Assembly (NCBI RefSeq): GCF_000341395.1
Contig: NC_020304.1
Coordinates: forward strand, 1,770,001-1,802,000
Length of the DNA: 32,000 nucleotides
Direction: 5' to 3'
Source of the DNA: Desulfocapsa sulfexigens DSM 10523
Lineage (GTDB): Bacteria; Desulfobacterota; Desulfobulbia; Desulfobulbales; Desulfocapsaceae
Part shown: one piece after another, positions 27,498 through 32,000 of the stretch
Layout of the letters: the number at the start of each line of letters is the position of its first letter
Numbering within the stretch: the stretch's first letter is position 1
Translations under genes and position numbers: made by a program
The notes under the pieces: generated by a model
Seen by the model: only the letters and a program-made list of their open reading frames with translations
Databases searched by the model: none
Told to the model about the DNA's origin: nothing

Positions 27498-28649
27498 TCA
27501 AGGGATACGGAGTTCAGTGAATGGTGTAGTGGAATCCTGGTGAACACTCTCAAGGAGATCCGCCGGTGATTGCTCAAAGTCATGTGACATTGTATCCGGG
27601 CCAAGGACTTCCTCGTTAAAAGTAGAAATCATATTCTCATGTGTCCAGCGGGTGAGATAGTAGACAACTAGTTCGGGAAGTTTTGTGTAAATGGTTTCCG
27701 TTGGGAATGGGTCAACAAAACTTGAGTCTTGAAGCTTTTGGGCGGACAATGTTTGCGTCTTGTAGAAACTTTCAAGAAACATGAGCTCCGGGGGCAGGCC
27801 GCCATTAATGCCGATGCGTGACAGGCCCTTAAGGAGAAACTCCAGCATTTTTTTGCCAAATTTAGCCATGGAGTAGGGCACATAAATCTCTCTTGGACTT
27901 TTGAGTTCAAGAAATGAGCGAATGGTGAGGATAAGATCGGCAAGTTCCACTGGATGTTTGTCAACAAAGTGATAGGTCTGGCCACTGAATTCCTTACGAT
28001 TTATCAGAATATGATGGATAAAATAGGGAAACTTGTTGGCATTGGAATAGGAATGCATGATTTTCTTTTTTGTGAACATGACAGGCATGGACTCATCGGC
28101 TATGGAAAAAAAGAGGCGATGGAATCCCTGGGTTTTATGGTCGTGTTCTCCGTACACAATAGCTAAGCGAACGCAGGTGTAATCAAGGCCTACGGTGTTG
28201 TACATATGCCGAAGCGTTTCTTCGGCCATGAGTTTTGACTTCGCATAATTATTAAGCTTCGGGTCAATGGTTAGTGAATCAGTTTCTGTGAGGTTTTCAC
28301 CATTTGGCAAGGTGGCGGCTGAACTGATATGAATATAGGGGATCTTAAGGGCTGCTGCAGCTCGGGCAAGATTCAGGGCGCCTATATAATTGACTTCAAG
28401 TGCCAGTTGGGAATCTGCACCTATATTGGCTATGGCTGTGTTGATTACAAAATCGGGTTTCACACGTTTTAGATAATCCTTGATATCGACGGAATTTCTA
28501 ATGGAGAGTTTTTTACTGCTTGGTGCGCGCAACTCTATGGTGTCTGGGGTTCTGGTTTTAAAGTAATGGGCCAGAGTACCACCAATAAGTCCAGATCCGC
28601 CAATGAGGACGCCTAGAAGTTTTTTGTGTGAGGGGTTGTCCTGTGTCAC
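27498..28649 (-). CDS. NAD-dependent epimerase/dehydratase family (extended SDR) protein with a C-terminal extension
   Basis: It has a Rossmann motif (VLIGGSGLIGGTLA) and a catalytic YxxxK (YAKSK). The start is GTG at 28649, and there is no in-frame ATG alternative. Confidence 0.8.
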   Translation of the reverse strand: MTQDNPSHKKLLGVLIGGSGLIGGTLAHYFKTRTPDTIELRAPSSKKLSIRNSVDIKDYLKRVKPDFVINTAIANIGADSQLALEVNYIGALNLARAAAALKIPYIHISSAATLPNGENLTETDSLTIDPKLNNYAKSKLMAEETLRHMYNTVGLDYTCVRLAIVYGEHDHKTQGFHRLFFSIADESMPVMFTKKKIMHSYSNANKFPYFIHHILINRKEFSGQTYHFVDKHPVELADLILTIRSFLELKSPREIYVPYSMAKFGKKMLEFLLKGLSRIGINGGLPPELMFLESFYKTQTLSAQKLQDSSFVDPFPTETIYTKLPELVVYYLTRWTHENMISTFNEEVLGPDTMSHDFEQSPADLLESVHQDSTTPFTELRIP

Positions 28650-28654
28650 TGTGA

Positions 28655-28716
28655 AAATATGTTTACCCCTTAAGGAGGTACTAAACTGAGTACCGGTTTA
28701 CTTGCCATTTACCGGT
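28655..28716 (-). repeat. Conserved intergenic element, copy B (immediately upstream of the SDR gene)
   Basis: The sequence is aaatatgtttaccccttaaggaggtactaaactGAGTACCGGTTTACTTgccattTACCGGT. It carries the same block order as copy A, the identical 16-mer (28688-28703), and TACCGGT at 28691 and 28710, again 19 nt apart. Confidence 0.6.
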
Positions 28717-29145
28717 GTTTGAATTTGTGCAAGGTACGATCTTTCATTTCCTGATGCATTGGTTTTACGTATTACCACGAATTTTTTGAAAGGTCATCTT
28801 TTTGCTACTGGTTCGAATGAAAAAAAGTTATATTATTTTGTGAAGTTGCCAGAATAAAAGGGGAAAACAGAGTGGAAAACCTTCTTTTTTTTCTTGATTA
28901 TGCCTGGGCTGTCCGATCTCCATACTGACTGCAAAAAATATTTTGTATACTCCCGTTTTAGCTACGATGGCCATTTCTATTACCAGGAGCCTGTCTGTGT
29001 TTTTCTACAAGACCTAAGTGAAATGGTATAGAATTTGATACACTAAAGAGCAGCAAGTGAGGGCATGGCAGGTTTGGGATGTGTTCTGAACTTTGCTGCC
29101 AGATAGTAGGATTTAATGAAAAAAGTGGTTTACTCTTTTATATAA

Positions 29146-29880
29146 ATGGAAAAATTACGAAGGATAACTAAGGCCGGTTTGTGCCTGCTATTTCCGTCCG
29201 CCTGTCCCTGTTGTAATGCGGTGACAGGAGACGATTTGCAGCCGCTTTGCGAGGTATGTTTTGCACAATTGAAATTTATAAAGAGTCCGTACTGCTCCTG
29301 TTGCGGCAGAACATTTTCAAGTGGTGGTGAGAACCATCTCTGTGGTGTATGCTTGACATCATCCTGGGCGTTTGACAGGGCCCGCTGTCTGTTTTTTTAT
29401 GAGAAAATTATTGCAAAATTGATTCATGACCTCAAATACTCAGGAAAAACTCAAGGGATAAGTACCTTTAAGTGGCTCAGCGAACAAAGCAATGTCTTGG
29501 GTGATCTTGATGTCCCGGATTTCATCCTTCCTGTGCCTCTTCACATAAAACGTTTGCGAAAACGTGGATTCAATCAGGCTTTGGTTCTGGCCAAGTTGCT
29601 TTTTCCCAATGAAAAGCGAAAAATCAGGCATAACATTCTTCTTCGCAGAACGGATACCCAAGCCCAGGCAGGTTTAAGTGGTGTTGAACGGCGTGAAAAT
29701 TTAAAAAACGCATTCGTTATTGATAGGGTATCGGAGTTGATCGGGAAAAAGGTTCTTATCCTGGATGATGTTTTTACAACTGGCTCAACAGTTAACGAAT
29801 GTGCAAAAGTACTAAAAGCGGCAGGATGTACCAAGGTCGAAGTGTTGACCATATGTCTTTCAGGAAAAATTTTCTCGTAA
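29146..29880 (+). CDS. comF: ComF family protein (phosphoribosyltransferase-like competence protein)
   Basis: The N-terminus has Cys-rich zinc-finger pairs (CPCC...CEVC...CSCC...CGVC). The C-terminus has a PRTase motif (VLILDDVFTTGSTVNECA). Confidence 0.85.
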   Translation: MEKLRRITKAGLCLLFPSACPCCNAVTGDDLQPLCEVCFAQLKFIKSPYCSCCGRTFSSGGENHLCGVCLTSSWAFDRARCLFFYEKIIAKLIHDLKYSGKTQGISTFKWLSEQSNVLGDLDVPDFILPVPLHIKRLRKRGFNQALVLAKLLFPNEKRKIRHNILLRRTDTQAQAGLSGVERRENLKNAFVIDRVSELIGKKVLILDDVFTTGSTVNECAKVLKAAGCTKVEVLTICLSGKIFS

Positions 29881-30610
29881 TTTCCACAGTGATTCCCTCA
29901 AGTCTGCTATATTTTATCAGGAACTCAGAAAGCTAAAGAATGAACCCTGTCGACGATGTTTGGTTTACCAGTATAGCTGTTGTGGAGTGTGGTTGTTTTC
30001 TGTCATACATCCAGACTGTAAGCTTTTTGTCTACAAAATGTTCACTTTTCAAAGAGGCAGTGAAAAGAACTTAGAAATTCGGGCTGTTTTTTTCAAGGGG
30101 GGATTGATGAAGAAGGGTTGTTTTGGGGAGTTTTTAGGGGAGTTACGTCTATGGTAACGGGGGTGTGTGTTCGTGTGAAGTGTGGTGTATGGAAGGCCAA
30201 AAAAAAATTAAAAAAAGAAAATTCAGGGAAAATCGAGTGTACTCCCTGATATAGCGTGAACCTCTGATGTCGTTGTGTGTTTTGTTGAGATATTTGTCGT
30301 TTTGTTTAGTAATTTTGAATTATTTGGAGTTAAAGAAAAACGGAAATTTGTTGATAACTTGCCCTGATGCTGACTAACGTGTGAAGATAACAGCATATTG
30401 AAGAGGTCAGGCTGTTCGGCCTATGAATAAAGGGTTTGAAAGAGGTGATTTCTGCAATCCCGTCTCTGCTGGGCTGTTTGGGGAGTGGGTGATAATATGT
30501 GGTACTGATGGGAAAATTTGGTAGGATCGCCTTTGACCGAAATCGGGAAGTGGAGTTAATTCCCCCGCATGAGTCGCGGTGCTGAATCACAGACTGTGAC
30601 CATCCTAAAA

Positions 30611-30640
30611 GAGAGGCAGGGTCGTCTGTCTCTTCTTTTC
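30611..30640 (+). terminator. Terminator-like hairpin 110 nt upstream of dnaA
   Basis: GAGAGGCAG (30611-30619) pairs with CTGTCTCTT (30626-34), including two G-U pairs, around a 6-nt loop. The tail is CTTTTC. The wobble pairs favour + strand RNA. Confidence 0.4.
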
Positions 30641-30738
30641 AAAGAGATGACTTTCAGTAGTTTAGAAAAAATTATTAAGGCTTGTAAAGCTGGATAATTG
30701 GTGAATTTGGCGTGAATTCGTTGTCAGAAATGATACGC

Positions 30739-30747
30739 TGAGGATAA
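30739..30747. promoter_or_regulatory. DnaA-box-like 9-mer TGAGGATAA
   Basis: It has one mismatch to the TGTGGATAA consensus and ends 3 nt before the dnaA ATG. A second one-mismatch box, TGTTGATAA, lies at 30349-30357 in the same orientation. Confidence 0.3.
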
Positions 30748-30750
30748 GAT

Positions 30751-32000
30751 ATGGCGTGGGAACAGGTACAAAAAGCATTAAAGGACCATCTTGGTGACTC
30801 TATTTACAACCTCTGGATTGACCCTCTGGAGTGTGTTTCTTACCGTGCTGATGAGGTGAGGTTAGCTTGTCCTGATCGCTTCTATCGTGCCCATCTTGAT
30901 CGTAATCATCTGGCAACGGTTCAGCAGATTGTAACTGAACTCTCCGGAAATGACTGTAAAGTTATCCTTTGTGATAAGGAAACCGCGATTCTGCCGGCAG
31001 CGCAACCAAAGGGACAGCTCAGGTTGCCGCATATTCCTGAACGAAAATCCGTTGTGCGCGCTCTACACCCAAGGTATACCTTTGATGCCTTTATGCTCGG
31101 TGAGTCAAACCTTCTTGCTCAGTCTGCATGCAAGTCAATGATTAACGGAGATGATACGGTTGGATCCTGTCTCTATATTAATAGTTCAACCGGTCTTGGC
31201 AAAAGTCATTTAACTCATGCGGTAGCCCATGCTCTCCTGGCCGATTCTCCCCAAACCAGACTGCGTTATGTAACTGCTCAGCAGTTCGCTTCTGAAATGG
31301 TGCGCAGTATTCAGAGCAGAAGTATGGATACGTTTAAATCGGTTTATCACGATCATTGTGATTTTCTGCTCGTGGAAGATATTCACTCTTTACAGGGGAA
31401 AAAGAAAACCCAGGAAGAGATGAACGAATTGCTCGACGCCCTTATCAAGAGTGGTAAACGGGTCATTCTCACAGCAAATAATGCGCCAAGGGATCTTAAG
31501 GGTATTGATAATGAATTTCGTTCCCGCATGGGTGCCGGACTTGTGACAACCATTCAGGCACCTGATCTGGCCACCCGATATCGTATTGTGGAGCATAAGG
31601 CAGTGCAGAGTGGTTTGAATCTGGAAGAGGATGTTATTTCTTATATTAGTCAGCAGATTCAAGGTGATGTGCGACGTATAGAGTCAGCTCTTCTTTCACT
31701 GAGCGCTAAGGCGACTCTTGCTGGTGGGGCTGTTGAAATGGATATGGTGCGTGACGTTGTCGCTGAGATTGTGGGTTTATCGACTAATCTGACAACCACC
31801 CTTATTGGAGAGATTATCAGTCGTGAGTTCAATGTGAGTTATAAGGACCTGCAGTCGCGGTCTCGAAAAAAGGTCATTAGTTTTCCTCGTCAGGTTGCCA
31901 TGTATCTCGGGCGTAAGCATACTGAAGAGTCTCTCGGTGAGATTGGAAAAGTTTTTAACCGAAATCACGCCACTGTCCTTCATGCTGTCAAGGTCGTTTC
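30751..32000 (+). CDS. dnaA: Chromosomal replication initiator protein DnaA; the 3' end lies beyond the window
   Basis: It is absent from the ORF track because no stop falls in the window. It reads MAWEQVQKALKDHLGDSIYNLWIDPLE...YTFDAFMLGESNLLA...INSSTGLGKSHLTHAV...FLLVEDIHSL...RVILTANNAPRDL...RSRMGAGLVTTIQAPD...ISFPRQVAMYL...IGKVFNRNHATVLHA. Confidence 0.95.
   Translation, partial: MAWEQVQKALKDHLGDSIYNLWIDPLECVSYRADEVRLACPDRFYRAHLDRNHLATVQQIVTELSGNDCKVILCDKETAILPAAQPKGQLRLPHIPERKSVVRALHPRYTFDAFMLGESNLLAQSACKSMINGDDTVGSCLYINSSTGLGKSHLTHAVAHALLADSPQTRLRYVTAQQFASEMVRSIQSRSMDTFKSVYHDHCDFLLVEDIHSLQGKKKTQEEMNELLDALIKSGKRVILTANNAPRDLKGIDNEFRSRMGAGLVTTIQAPDLATRYRIVEHKAVQSGLNLEEDVISYISQQIQGDVRRIESALLSLSAKATLAGGAVEMDMVRDVVAEIVGLSTNLTTTLIGEIISREFNVSYKDLQSRSRKKVISFPRQVAMYLGRKHTEESLGEIGKVFNRNHATVLHAVKVV

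Noticed and set aside
28810-28818. GGTTCGAAT resembles a tRNA T-loop.
   Set aside because: The flanking sequence cannot form a T-stem or an acceptor stem, so the match is isolated.
28900-29031. A 43-codon ORF (MPGLSDLHTDCKKYFVYSRFSYDGHFYYQEP...) lies in the 500-bp SDR-comF spacer.
   Set aside because: It has no Shine-Dalgarno sequence (the upstream is a T-run) and matches no recognisable family. It cannot be told apart from a chance ORF without conservation data.
30330-30590. An 86-aa minus-strand ORF lies upstream of dnaA. Two + strand mini-ORFs are also present: 30423..30524, and a 25-codon ORF with its ATG at 30508 and stop at 30583-30585.
   Set aside because: All lack ribosome-binding sites. 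Their composition is rich in Ser, Arg, Cys and Pro and does not look protein-like.
30530-30600. GGGAAGUGGAGUUAAUUCCCCCGC resembles the GGGAA...GGUG.AA.UCC...CCCGC core of a cobalamin riboswitch.
   Set aside because: There is no B12 box (GCCACUG), the GGGAA pairs with UUCCC instead, and a riboswitch in front of dnaA makes little biological sense. An Rfam scan would settle it.
1-32000. I scanned the whole window for CRISPR arrays, transposase or integrase genes, phage genes, toxin-antitoxin pairs and known defence-system signatures.
   Set aside because: I found no regularly spaced direct repeats and no recognisable recombinase, nuclease or toxin motifs in any ORF. The window reads as core chromosome.

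Overview
The window looks like ordinary chromosomal core sequence next to dnaA, with no recognisable mobile DNA. The gene content has a Desulfobacterota (deltaproteobacterial) anaerobe flavour, but that is only a guess. I found no rRNA or tRNA genes, CRISPR array, transposase, integrase or phage genes.

Gene order, left to right:
- (-) sucC (5' part, runs off the window), a PrpE-type acyl-CoA synthetase and a TetR regulator, probably one operon.
- (+) A small secreted protein, a DHH/DHHA2 phosphoesterase, and a REC-GGDEF-HD-GYP protein overlapping an HDOD protein.
- (+) An Rrf2 regulator, a DUF4492-like protein, cydA, cydB and an unlisted 30-codon ORF, closed by a strong terminator.
- (+) A 756-aa orphan AAA+ protein and a stand-alone Hpt protein.
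- (-) A lipoprotein, then (+) an AI-2E transporter.
- A (-) run: a frameshifted EamA/DMT transporter, a 395-aa orphan, a rhodanese-MBL protein, a YrfG-like HAD nucleotidase, mfd, bamA and an SDR epimerase/dehydratase-like protein.
- (+) comF, about 870 bp of non-coding DNA, then dnaA, which runs off the 3' edge.

I cannot point to a clear multi-gene novel system. The observations most worth a second look are:
- The orphan AAA+ protein has about 480 N-terminal residues I cannot assign, and sits next to the orphan Hpt.
- A 60-70 nt intergenic element occurs twice in direct orientation, bracketing the SDR-bamA pair.
- The small secreted protein has an in-frame TGA followed by 36 more protein-like codons.
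- The receiver of the GGDEF/HD-GYP protein lacks its phospho-acceptor Asp.
- The rhodanese-MBL protein has HxQxDY in place of the HxHxDH metal motif, and its neighbour is a 395-aa orphan.
- BamA carries an extra N-terminal domain.
- The non-coding stretch upstream of dnaA is structured and AT-rich.

All family assignments come from reading motifs by eye. No database search was run.
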